A stretch of 64,000 bases of DNA from Chrysomallon squamiferum (lineage: Eukaryota > Animalia > Mollusca): NCBI GenBank assembly GCA_012295275.1, contig CM022670.1, forward strand, positions 23,870,001 through 23,934,000, given 5' to 3'. A program made the translations under genes and the position numbers. The first letter of the stretch is position 1. Each line of letters starts with the position of its first letter. A model generated the notes under the pieces. That model saw nothing but the letters and a program-made list of their open reading frames with translations, was not told the DNA's origin and did no database searches. Below are positions 1 through 13,169 of this stretch, piece by piece.

Positions 1-327
1 TTCTCACTTAATCTCAGTAATGAACTGTTGTATTCATCGCAGACATTGCCCAGTACAAAACAGTGATTTTTCATTTCTGTATGCAGTGAGAAAATTTCCA
101 TTATATATTTTAAAAAAATCCATCAGGAAACCTATATTAAAAGGTAACTATTTAGCAAATTTATGAATATTTTGCATAGAAGCCTAATTTTAACAGAACA
201 GAACAATTTTTTGTGTGCTTAACCAGCAATAGTCCTAGATAATACTTTAAAAATGTACTGAACTTATATTCCTCTGGGTGAGTGCATTTTTTTAAATTTC
301 TGTTTTGATACAACTTTTTCTTTTCAG

Positions 328-984
328 AATGAATCTGAAAACTTCCCATTTCCAAACAAGTTGTCTGAATTCTCTTTACCTGACGAGTATTCTGCTCTGA
401 TGCAAAAACCATTTCCTCGCCAAGAATGTTCAGGAGGACACCAAGATGATAAATCTGATTGTAAGAATGATCTTTGAAAACTTTTTTGTTGAAAATATAA
501 TTCTTTGCCTTCTACCAGGCAACTGTTGTAATATTCAATTTGTTTGATGATGAATGGAGAAAAAAAGACCAAAAAACCCTGAATGTTTAACTGTCTTCAG
601 CCACATTTTTACATTAATGATTATTATTATTTTTTTAAATTTTATTTTCCAGCAAAAAGCACAAAGTCTGAAGCAAAATCTAATGTGTCTTCACACGTAA
701 CAAAAAATGAGTCCAAAGGTTCTTCCTCACAAAAAACTGACAGTAAATCTTCATCACAAAAGTCTGAGACAAAATCATCAAGTACATCACACTGTAAAGA
801 ACATAAAAGTGGCTCTGTACAACACAGTAGTAAATCTGACTCTAAAACTGCTTCACTGGGACATTCTTCTACAGCCAACACACCTGACCCATCACCAAAG
901 AGAAAGAGAACTCGTCAAACTCAGTCAGCCAGTGCCAGTCCAGCCACACCTGATCAGCCTACTTTAAAAAGAGGTCGAAGATGA
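328..984 (+). CDS. 3' end (last two coding exons) of an unidentified gene with a Ser/Lys-rich, basic C-terminus
   Basis: Exon 328-460 (ttttcag|AAT...GATT|gtaag; NESENFPFPNKLSEFSLPDEYSALMQKPFPRQEC...) joins in phase 1 to exon 653-984 (ttttccag|CA). The latter reads SKSTKSEAKS...SPKRKRTRQ...LKRGRR-stop. Upstream exons lie outside the window and the family is not recognised. Confidence 0.75.
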
Positions 985-3900
985 ATTCCAATGGTTTCAT
1001 TATAGTATGAAAGTGTGTGTGGTATAGATGAAGGAAATTCCTGTTTTAATTTAATAGGTAATTTAAGGCCACTGACGGATTACATTAAAATTTCTGTGAC
1101 AGCAAACAAGTGTAGTTGCAAATTTTGTAATTACCACAATTTATGTAATTATTTTTATTTTTGAAAAGGAAAGTAAAGTATCATTGCCACAGTATATTTT
1201 GTTTAAAAAAAAATAACAATAATAAAAAAAAAAGTGTAAAAAATTATAAACAAATTGATTTTGCTTCATTACTTTATTATTTTTAGTTTCATACAAATGT
1301 GACAAGTCTCTCGAACAAATGAAATTCTTTCAGTAAATTCATAACAAAGTAATATTGGACAGTATTTAAAAAACATTTTTTCTTTTTTTTTCTTGGTAGG
1401 TTTTCATGAACATGCAAAAAGAAAAAAAAAAATCTGATAATTTTAGTTTAAAAATAAAAACAAACAAAAATAAAGATAAATTGTTTTTGTGTTTTTAAAA
1501 TTTTTAAATGAATTTTGTATTTTCTTTCACTTTTTGTTATAAAATCAGAATGACTTTTTTTATTATTAATATTTATACATTACTTTTTTCTGTTATTTCT
1601 AAAAATCTTATTTTTGTCCTTACTTATAAAATTATTTTTGAAAACCACCAAGAAGAAGAAAAAAAAAGGTACACATGTTTACATATATACTATTACTCTT
1701 ATGGCTTTAAGGATATTATTTAACAATTCTATGTTTTTAAAATTTATATATACAACATGTAGAATATCAGAGCATAATGAAGTGAAAAACACGATGGTAT
1801 GCAATTAATGGACAAATGTGTAAAATACTGAAAGAATTTCATTGATAATACAATGATCTGTCTGCTAAGTGCAGTATTGTAACAAGTATGTATGGGTTTG
1901 ACACCACTCTTATTTACAATATAACTACAAACTCTGTGCATTTTATTTATAAAATAATTCTCCCCCTACAGTCAAATAATGACCAAAATAAGAGCTAGAA
2001 TAAATATAATTGCTGTACAACCTACTTATCTTCATGAAAATAAACAAAACCAGCTGAGTTTTCTTTGTTGTAGAATTTACATAATTGGATGAACTGTAAT
2101 GGCACTAACTAAATACTAACTAATTAACAGGATTCAAAATCACAAGTTCTCTGTCTAAGCAATGGAATGAAAATGAAATGTTATACTTTTTAAATCTTAT
2201 GTTTAACAAACATTTTTTTTTTTTAGTAACTGATGGCTCTCAACTTCTTATTTTTCTTTTTCAGATTGTGCCAAATAAAATTTAAAACAAATATCTTATC
2301 TTTTTATGTGAAGTAAATGAATTTTTATCAACTTTATTAGGCTGGCAGCTAAAATATTTTATCATTTCATAGAAAAGTAATTCACTGAGGCATATTTGTT
2401 TCAAACTGAAATAATAAACATTATCAGCTTTTGCCTTAACAGTTATTATCCAATTCAGTTCACCATATGAATTTTTTTTTAAAATCTGACATAACGATTA
2501 GTCATAGTTATGCTATTTTTTAAGATTAGTAGATTTTTTTTAAGAATTAGTCCATGATAAAATAATTCATATCTGAAAGTTATCATTTATATCACAATAT
2601 ACTTAAATACATACACAATAATAAATAATTGTATGTCAAATAATCAGATATACAAAGTACATTCCACTTGTGAAAACAAAAGGAATTGAATTTCATATAT
2701 TTATTAACACTACTAACTGCTACAATAAAATTAAATACTAATTAACAGTTTTGATAATTTAATTACAGGAAGAATTATTATTTAAATAGTATAGCTAAAA
2801 AAAACCCACCTATTTGCCCCCAAAACATTTAGCTTTAAGTTTACAAAATCCTCCCAAGACACAATCTTTTCTTAAATTAATTGGAAATCTGAATTTTATT
2901 TTTTAAATTAAAATGGACATAACAAGTGACTATTTAAAACAGATAAATGATTCTGTTTCCTCACTGAATTGTCAGTACTACATAGTACGTATTAATTTAA
3001 TTAGGTTTAGCGGATCAGATGATGGCATATTTATTTATATATTAAAACAAAATAGGAAAGAAAAAAAGAAATCACTTTTATTTTCCTCCTAAACAACAAC
3101 TGTACCTATTAAGGTAACAATAACAGTACTGATGCATAACAGAAAAAGTTTAATTTACAACATTAAAAAATAAATGAACATCACAAAAATAGATGATAAT
3201 TGTCTACAACTGTTTAACTATTTGTGTTCATGGGAACCTGTCCAAATCAAAGGTAGCTAAGGTATGGCATGTGCCCTGGGCACCATTGAGCACTTGATAT
3301 TAAATTTGACTGGTATTTTTGAGCTGATTTTGTGACAAAGTGATCTAAAAGATGGATGTCAGATGTTTAAATGTAAAAATTTCCACTTATACACCCTTGT
3401 TCCTGTCAATTCCTATACACCCATAACAATTTAAATATGTGCTCTGTAACTTAAATTTAAATTAGGATAATGTGCAAGATTGTTATCAAGATTGGCAAAA
3501 CTACTGGCAGTGAAAGAGTAAGAAATCAAATTTATACATTACAATTTTTATACTGGAATTGCTATCTACCAAATAAATGAAAAACAGTTATAAATTCCAA
3601 TAATTTTGATAAAACTTTTAAGTTCTCATTTGGAAATAAGAAATGTTAGTTTATTAATAATATAATAAAAACAAAACCTGAAAAAAATATACCCCTTCCT
3701 CTCCATTAAAACCCAAACAATCTCAGTAAAGTTTCTTTTAAATATTAAATTGAACCAACAAAATTTTAAAAATAAATACTAACTTTAAAAAATTTAAAAA
3801 AAACAATCATGAAAACCCCTAGATTGAAAATGTAGTGTTTTTAGTGAAAATCAATGGTAATTAAACTGAACAATGATAAATATGGTTTCAATCAAAAGGA

Positions 3901-4588
3901 ATGTATTTTTTTGTTGTATAAAACTACTTATAAGCCTTTTGTTAAACTGAGATAGGGTGTTGAATAATAAAACAATGATATCTGCACATGGATGACCATA
4001 ACCATTTTTCAAGTAACAATGACTGAATTTGCTGCAGAACTCAAAATTAAACTAAATTAAATTTAAAAATAAATAAAAATAAATCATTAAATATAATAAA
4101 ATAAACTAAATATATATTTTTAAACAAATTTAACAAAAACACAGCATTTCATTACCAATAATAATTATAATTTATTTAAAAACAGTTCAATATCACAGAA
4201 AACATTAAAACTGCTGGATTAATTTGTAATAATCAAAAGCTCTGCTTTGACAACACCATATCCACTGAATATCTATCTATTTAACATACGAAATTTTCCA
4301 TTTGCCCCAAATGAAAATAAAATGTGTTTATTTTTGCTTCTGTTTTTTGAGAGAATATTGGTAGATTTTCAATTAAATCTTCTACAAATACATCTTCATA
4401 ATGGAATGCAAGAAAAACAATTCTACCCAAAATAAGTGGACAACAAATATTTAAAATTAAAAACATCAATGAATTTATTACATTATATAATATTGGTTTC
4501 CATCATTATCTCATAACTTGTTGCCATAACTTGTGGTCCAACTATTGTGGATTACATAATTTAACATTGTAACTATAGTATCTTATCA

Positions 4589-7500
4589 TCATTGCCAAAG
4601 ATTGTTTGATAGTGTCTGTCCAGAGTTTGCTGGCATCCAGCTTTGACCTCCCATTACAGGTGGAACACCAACAGTGGCACCTACTGGTCCCCCTGCCAAT
4701 TTCATAGCAGCCATCTGTTGCTGCATCTAAAAATTAAATATATTTTCCCAATAACCATACATCTACATGCAAAAACACACATAAGATTACACATTCATGC
4801 ACACATGCAGACAGATGTTCTTAAATAGATATTTTTGAAATAAAGAAGTAACACAAACAAAACAAATTTATAATAATCTTTTACAGTATGAATGGTTTTA
4901 AAATCCATTTACTCAGTATTAGTTATTTTTTTTTATATAAACACTAAAACTTGATAATAAATAGTAGTTACTGGTGATAAATAAACATTCTTTATGTGAT
5001 ATTCATAAACAAACAACAAATCAATCAAATTATACTCTAAAATTTCAAACTATAAATTTATATCTGTGTTACCAATAAAGTATTGAGTGTATACCTGTTG
5101 GTATTGTAGTTGCTGCTGCATCTGTTGTTGTGGATTGAAAGTGTTTCCCTGTGGTGGCATTACCATATTTGGTTGGCCCATCACTGCTCCAGGCATAGTC
5201 CCAACCTGACCCATTCCATAAATATTTGGCTAAAATAGAAATTCATATTGACATTATATAATTTTTAAAAACTGATAATAAAAACTAACATTCTAGGACA
5301 TTCTTTCTTTAATTTTACTCATATGTTTTAAAGAATAATAAACACATAATTATGACAACAAACACCTTATAATTGCAGTTTATGGTGTTTTTAATTTTTA
5401 ACTTAATTTATTTTTTAATTTATTTTTACTTAACTAAAATTTACTCTAGAAATGTGGCATAAAGGTAAATTTGACAGACTGATGTAAAGCAGCATATTAC
5501 TATGTGTTTGTGTGTGTGTGTGTGTGTGTACAAATGTATTTATTGATAAATAAAACAGAAAAAACAACATGAAGTGCACATGTACATAATACTATTCCAT
5601 TAACTGCCATTTAAAATAAAAAGAATATTTATATTGTTTCCAATTAATGTCAAAGGATTTCTTTGGCTACTTTTCATTGTTTTTAATTACTCTTTTCTGT
5701 TCAACAAAATGATTACACCTTTGGTCAAAAATACATTAAAGTGTGTTTTGCTGCAATATTTTTTTCATAGAATGTAATGTGACATCATCACATTACATTA
5801 TTGTATTAATATAAATTAGGCAGATTCATGGAAGCTGATCAGGTGGCTGCAGTTCAGGTGGTGCATACCAGTGACATGGATATTGTGCACATAATCCAAA
5901 CCAGTGCCATTTTCACCATCATTTAAGACCCTTTCATTATAATTTTTTGTGAACACACATTCACTTTTATTTATATAGATGTAAAGATGCCTTATGTTAT
6001 GTATAAACATAGATGACTGATGTATTCACATTTCATTCCACTTAAACAAGAAACCAAAGAGTAAATATTTTGAAGCTCAGCTGCAATTTTGTTTGGAAAT
6101 TCCATGTCTAAATCGGAACTCATTTACAAATCAGTGACTAAGGATAATATCAAAGGTTAAAAAATTAAAATAAAAAGGTTTTTCACTACTCGTTTGTAAC
6201 TTTTATTTGAACAAATTTTATCTCAATAATGAGCTGACTGATCACATGATGAAAACACATTAACTATTTCCCATTCTGCCAAAACTACTGCAACTGATTT
6301 ATCTAAGACAGTATAATGCAGCCTTTATGAAGGTACACATACAAGATTCCTTGCCACTTTTCCTCTGTAATATTATCATTACAAGTGAATGTCTGTTTGA
6401 GATGCAATCACTAATAATAACATGTATGTTTTTTCATTCATTCAGAAAGTTCATTACCTGTTGCATTCTAATCATCCCTGGCTGCTGTGGCATCATCCCC
6501 TGCATGCCTGGCTGAGTTGGCATTGCTGGCTGTGTTGTCATGGCCGGCTGTCCAATCATAGGCTGTGGACCCATTGTTGTTCCAGGTACCATACCATATA
6601 TGTTCTGTTGTGGCATATACATACCGCCTAAAACAGAAATATAACCATGCTCTATTCAATATAATTATTTATTACAAATATTACAATAGTTTTTTTTTTT
6701 ATATTTATTTAATGTTTGTAAGTTATGCTTTGATCTTAATGTCACAAATAAATAAAAAATAAAAATAAAAATCACTTATAAGATTATTGTAATTAAAAAA
6801 CTGGAAAATTCTTAGCAATTTATTAATTTATAGTAATTTAAAAAATATCTATAAAGAAAATAAACGTGTGTGTATTCTTCTAATATTTGGTAGATTTAAA
6901 TAATCAGGCAGAAAAATAAAAAATCTGTGAAAATGTCCCCTTTTTATGCATTTTAGAAAACTTTTCTACTGGAATAACAGTTTTCAAATACAAACACATA
7001 TGTAACTGATATATATTTAGTAAAAATTATCAACTATGATAACACAATTAAAAATATTTTACAATTCTAATATAATTTTAAATGGTTGATAAGTTATCTG
7101 CAGTTCAAATAACCTCAGAAATATTTTACATGCATGTAAAACAGAACAAAGTAGAAATCATAAAGAGACCACATAGCAAATGTTTTTAAAACAAATCACC
7201 ATTCAAACAAAGTAGGTAAGATTTGCAGAACTCAAACAGGAAGATGGTCAAGAGAAACTGTTCTTTTGAAACATAATCAAGAAATTTCTTGTATTATCAT
7301 GTGGAATTTGACTGTACTTGATACTTCAAATTACTGTAAAATACACATTGAAAATAATAAAAAAATATATATATATATAAAATAAATAATAAATAATAAT
7401 ATTAAAAAAAATATACTAAAAAAAAAAAAATAAATAAAATATCCATTTTATGATTTTTCAAAAAGAATTCTAAGTATGCATACATTCAAATTCCATATGA

Positions 7501-8387
7501 TAACACAAGAAAATTATTTCAATAAATCTGCAACATGTTCCCAAAGTATTTCATGCATCAGAGAAAAGGCAGCCAACGACCTCTATTTGGGTACCTGGAT
7601 CCATAAAACAAAAACTAAGGGGACCTATACCAAATGGACCATCAGGCTGGCACTGCTGCCAAGACTGCTGCTGCTGCTGCTGTAACATATGTTGCTGCAC
7701 TGGTGTCTGGCATGCATATGTGGATGTTGGGAGAAGCAAGTTCTCTGAATAACTTGTATCGCTGTTTGTGGCTTAAAGAATATATACCATTTTCAAATTT
7801 AGATTCACAAAGAAATGGCCAATAACAAATTAAGTTTAAACACATTACAAAGTAATAATTTCTATAATCTGATTTGTTTATTTATGATTTTGTAATACTA
7901 ACCCTAAAAACTGTATTACCTTAAAAAGATGAAGTAGTAATTGACTTTCTTACAAAAACAAACAAGTTAAATAGAAAGCAATATTAAGCATACAGGATGT
8001 TGATTTCAGATCAGTAAATGTTTAGTATCTATTAAGCAACAGTCACTGTTTAACTGTAGTGTAAATGTAAGCATGTTACTATACACTTCAAGATTTGTTA
8101 AATAAAAGACATTGCTTTCTCTTATAATAAGATATATGAAAAGATAAGTATCTGGCTTAAGAATTCTACAGTTAGGTTATTCTGGTCAGATAGTTTGAAA
8201 CAAAGCACTGCAGAAGAACACAATTTATTTATGTATAAGAAATTAAATTGACAGTAAATGTTATTTATATATACTTTATAGAACATTAAATTCACAACAC
8301 ATTCAGAAAAACTTTCTTTCATGTGAAGTAAAGATTATTAATGTTTAATAACAGTTTCAGGACAAAAGAAATCACAACCAATTTAAT

Positions 8388-8421
<34 letters not shown>

Positions 8422-8781
8422 CCTAGTGTCACAAAATAACATAGTGTATTTTATAATGAGATTTAAAATAATAATAAAGAAACTGACTTTTATGTTATTT
8501 CATCGTTCCATAATTGAAATAGCTGTTTTTTCTGGGAGTGTATTTTTAACACCACAAGAATTTGCAAACATAAAAAAAATACATGAATTATACAATACTA
8601 ATCTGTCATTATAAAGAACTTTCAGGTACACTACAACAGTACATGTAATGTTTGGTTGATAAACAATATTTTCAATAACAAATTATTCCACTAAATAAAT
8701 ATACTGTGATAATTAAATAAAACAAACAAACAAACAAACAAACAAATAAATAAATAAACAATAAGTAAAACAATTAAATTA

Positions 8782-8827
<46 letters not shown>

Positions 8828-11800
8828 GAGAGAATGAAATATTAGCATGTTAACAACAAAAAGAAATTCAATTTTTTATCTCTCTGAACTAAAATAAGTT
8901 TTGATCTGTGGCCATCACAATTTATTTTATAATAAACACTAAAGAAAAAGAAACAAAATTAAGCTAACCTGGAACACCAAACATTTGTTGTTGAGATGTA
9001 GTATTTCCATATAGAGCTAGGATAGAATCTTTTGTGTTCTTTTCAGATCCTTTGCCATCAGATGAACCATTGTCTAATAAACCAGCTCCATGTTCACCAG
9101 ACTGAAATTTGAATGAGTCTACTATAAAACCTGATATTTTAATTTATATTTAAATTTTATCACTATTGTATGTTATGGAATATGACATGAATAGAACTTA
9201 ATATGTTGTGGTACATTAAATCAATACAAAATGTAGGGACAACAATAAAAATTTCAAATTTGGATCTTGACAAACTTGTTATTACTGGAAACAGCATGGA
9301 ATGACTTTTCCAGTGATGTCAGAACCAGCCTCCTAACGTTTATTTTAACCAATTTATGACATGTTAACAGTTCCCAATTATAGCAATTAATTTCTGTTGT
9401 TTTTAAAAGTAACTTGAAAAGTGAGAACCAAAAGATTGTTTTAATTAGTAATATCTTTATTTTTTAGCCATAGCTGAGACTATACTAAATATAATAAGCA
9501 ACAGAGCAGAATAAGAAATGAAGCAAAACAGCCTTTAAATATCTAAAATTGTTCATAATATAAAAACAATTAACAACACATTAATCTGTCTGTTATGCAG
9601 TTAAATGGTAGCTTTCAAATATTTCACAGCACTCTTTTGTTGTTATACTTTTGTTTGTTTTAAATTAGCCAGCATTAATTAGAAAAAGAGAAAGAAAAAG
9701 AAATCAAAAAAAAAGAAAGAAAACAACTTAGAAAATGTAAAATACATTTACACCATTTTTGTATATCACCAAAGGTGCACTTTAATAATGCATATATTGG
9801 TATATTTAATTTATAAGCTTTATCTAAAAAGCATCTTGTCAAGACATAGTCATAGGAAGCAAAATGTGTAAGCAGATATTTGTTAAAAGATTAGCATATA
9901 TTTTGGTTCAGACAAGCATGTTTATTAAATATATAGTTCTTATAACATGAGTATTTCTTTATATCTAACGAGATACAGCTGCCATAATAAGTAAATGCTA
10001 AATGAATAATACATTAAATAAATTACAAATTGTTAATCTGCCTTTGTTCTCACAATCAGGTAAACTAACAGATCCAGCAAAATCTTATATTAATTTAATA
10101 CAATAAAATGTTGAAATATTTTGTAAATGGTAAATAATATCATTTTATATAGTTATAAGTGGATGGCTATAACAAAATTCCTGATGTATTTTCAACACTA
10201 ACTGTGAAAGCCTGTTGCTAGAGTTACAAGAACGTGTGAATAACATGTTGCATATACATTTTTTTTTTTTTTTTTTTTTTAGTATTATACTACAAAATAA
10301 TCAAGAAAAACCTGAACTGGTTGTGGTTTGTTTGAACTGCTTCCAACATTCTGGACTGAACTGGAATCACTGCTGCCAAATATATCGGCTAGAAGATCTC
10401 CATTAGGCTGTACATTTGAAGATGATGCATCTAAAATAGGTGAAATTCATACAGTTCAAATTATTATTTCATTTTATGTTCAAAACAAAAAATAATAAAT
10501 AAGTAAATAAATAAATAAATAGATAAATAAATAAATAATGCACAAAAGAACCCTACAATAATGAAAATTAAAATAAGTGTTTTTTAATGTATGTTTTTTT
10601 TTGTTATGATTTAAAACTGAATTAATAACAAGACAGGATAATGTGAATTAATTTATTGTGTATCTGTGTACGTGTATGTGTGTGTCTACATGTGTGTGTG
10701 TGTTTGTGTGTGCATGTATAAAACTTTTTATTAAATACATTTTTAAACATTTTTTTCTTCAAAGATTTGAAAAACTAAAGGAAAGGATAATAATTTTTTA
10801 AAAATGAGATTAAAACTTTTAAAAATAGAAATTACATCATTGACTTTGAGATGCTTTCTGCATCTGTATTCTATATTTGAAGATATTTTTTATTTAAATG
10901 TAAAAAGAAATTCACACTACATCAGACAATTATGTACAGTTATGTTTTGTTTCATTTTTAAGGTAAGATGTTATTAAACTATGTATTTGTGTCTGAAATA
11001 ATTTTTGTTTCTAACAATATTGAAAGGAAATACTATCTGTTGGATGGTAATGAAATATAAGCAATAAATGTATTCTGGAAACATGTGGTCAAGTTAACAA
11101 ATGAAAATAACTAAATGAAATAACCCTAAGTGTTATAGTTTAATTATCCCATTCTTGAACCAAAGAAACAAACCAACACCATGCTGTTAAAATCAAAGAA
11201 AAAAAGAAATTGCCACTTCATAAAAATAACGAGTTTTGTTCTGGATGTGGGACATAAGCCCCACCAAGACAAAATTCCCCCCCAGTCTAAAAATTGCACA
11301 GGTGGATAAAAGCCCTACAGTGGATTTGCAAGTTAGGACAAAAGCATGCCACAAATGAAGAATCGAGGTAGGACAAAAGCCCCCAATGAAAAAACTAAAA
11401 GCAGACAAAGTCCATTCCTTAGGGAAAAAAAATGTATTTTAGCAAACAATCAATTTATTAAAGTATACATACTACATATAAAAATTAGCAAAATAATGAC
11501 ATCAATTTAATGAGTTTATTGTATCAATATAATTAATTAATACAAAATGATTATGATACAATTACATTTAAAACGAAGGATACAGTTTGAAGAGAGAATT
11601 TATATCAAAGTATACATAGTCACATGGCACAAAATGAGATAATATACCTTAGTATATTTAGGAAATTTTGCCTTTTTCAAAACTGAATGTAATTTCCAAA
11701 AATGATATCAAAATCATTTCATATTTTCTAATGTATGTTGTGTCACTCACATACTAATTATGTAGATTTGTTTTAAACTGTCACAGAGTACAGATAGTTA

Positions 11801-13132
11801 TGTAACTTATTAAAGCTGATCAAATCCAATTTATTTGAGGAAATAACTAATTAAATAAATTCCATGATTTTGATAATTAGGGAAAATATTAAACAATGGT
11901 AGAATTTTCTTCTTTTTTTTTTTTTTTTTTTAATTTTGAGAGCCTTTGTGCTATCGTGTTTTCATATATGAGGGCTTTTGTCTTAATTTTTTTATTCACT
12001 GGAGGGGAGGCTTTTGTCCTATCTTGTTTTTTCTTTGTAGGGGGCGGCTTGTCCTCCCTTACACTTCTGCAGGAGGCCATTGTCTGCCTGTGCTTTTGTG
12101 TTGTAGGGCTTATGACTAAATCCCTTTTGTTCTATCAACAAGTGTTGATAATAGTAACTGTTACTTTTAACAAGTGACATTTCTCCTTCTGAAACATTGA
12201 AACAAAAAATTCAGCTAATCACTTCAAACCATTCATTATGAATATCTTTTAAAACTACAACATTTATTATGAACATTTATTAAAAAGATTATTTGAAAAT
12301 TAATAATTATTAAAAAAAAAATAAGAAACTCTTTTTAGCATTTTTTTTTTTTAATTATATTTTATTACTCAAACAACAAATGTTAAATTAACTAGTTTAA
12401 AGTGAAAAAACATTTTGAATAATTATTTTCAAAGTGAAAAACAAAAACAAAAAAATTGATATGAAATGTTTAATATCACTTACTAACAGCAACAAATCCG
12501 AAATCTAATTAAGATAAAACAATTTCAACTACAGTTAAAAAAATTTAAATAAAAAAACAAAAATACAACAACAACAACAATGCAGTTTGAAAGAAAAATA
12601 CATAAAGCAAAACTGTAGCACATTTATAATATCATTATCAACTACTTATGAATATAATAACCACTACAAGTATTATTATGTATGACTTTTATTTTATTAT
12701 TACAAAAAGCTAATTTAAATTTTTATTAAATGGAAAAAATACAAAATACATCAATTCTTTTTCTCATGCTACAGAAAACCCTTGAGGTGGATCTACTTTT
12801 CAATTATAAGCAATACCTGTGAATATGTCAGGTTTAAACAATAAGCAGTATTAATTAATTAAGCCTTTAAATACTAACACTTCTGACACCCAGTTCAGAC
12901 AATGAGACTGGAACACCAACATAATGGGCCATTGATAAAAAAAAAACCAGATGGTTTTAACAGATAATAGGAAAAACTGTCACAGAGTACAGACAGTTAT
13001 GTAATTTAATTAATCTTTTATTCTGTAACTGTCTAAGGATTACTCCCAGTGTAACTATATTTGGTTTACACAGAACCTAAAACAACTGAAAATCAAGATA
13101 AATTCTGGTACTAACTTGTTCTCAAGTCAGTG

Positions 13133-13169
<37 letters not shown>

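Noticed and set aside
248-327. Donor-like GG|GTGAGT at 278 suggesting another exon of the first gene
   Set aside because: It would leave a 50-nt intron, and the required frame has a TAA at 248-250 with no acceptor after it.
5816-6010. GC-richer minus-strand ORF in a SMAP intron as an alternative last exon
   Set aside because: No phase-0 acceptor with a pyrimidine tract is in frame, and the peptide is not SMAP-like.
11243-12124. Spaced GGACAAAAGCCC repeats resembling a CRISPR array
   Set aside because: The repeats are short, degenerate, irregularly spaced and inverted at the two ends, in a eukaryotic intron with no cas genes. They are transposon subterminal repeats.
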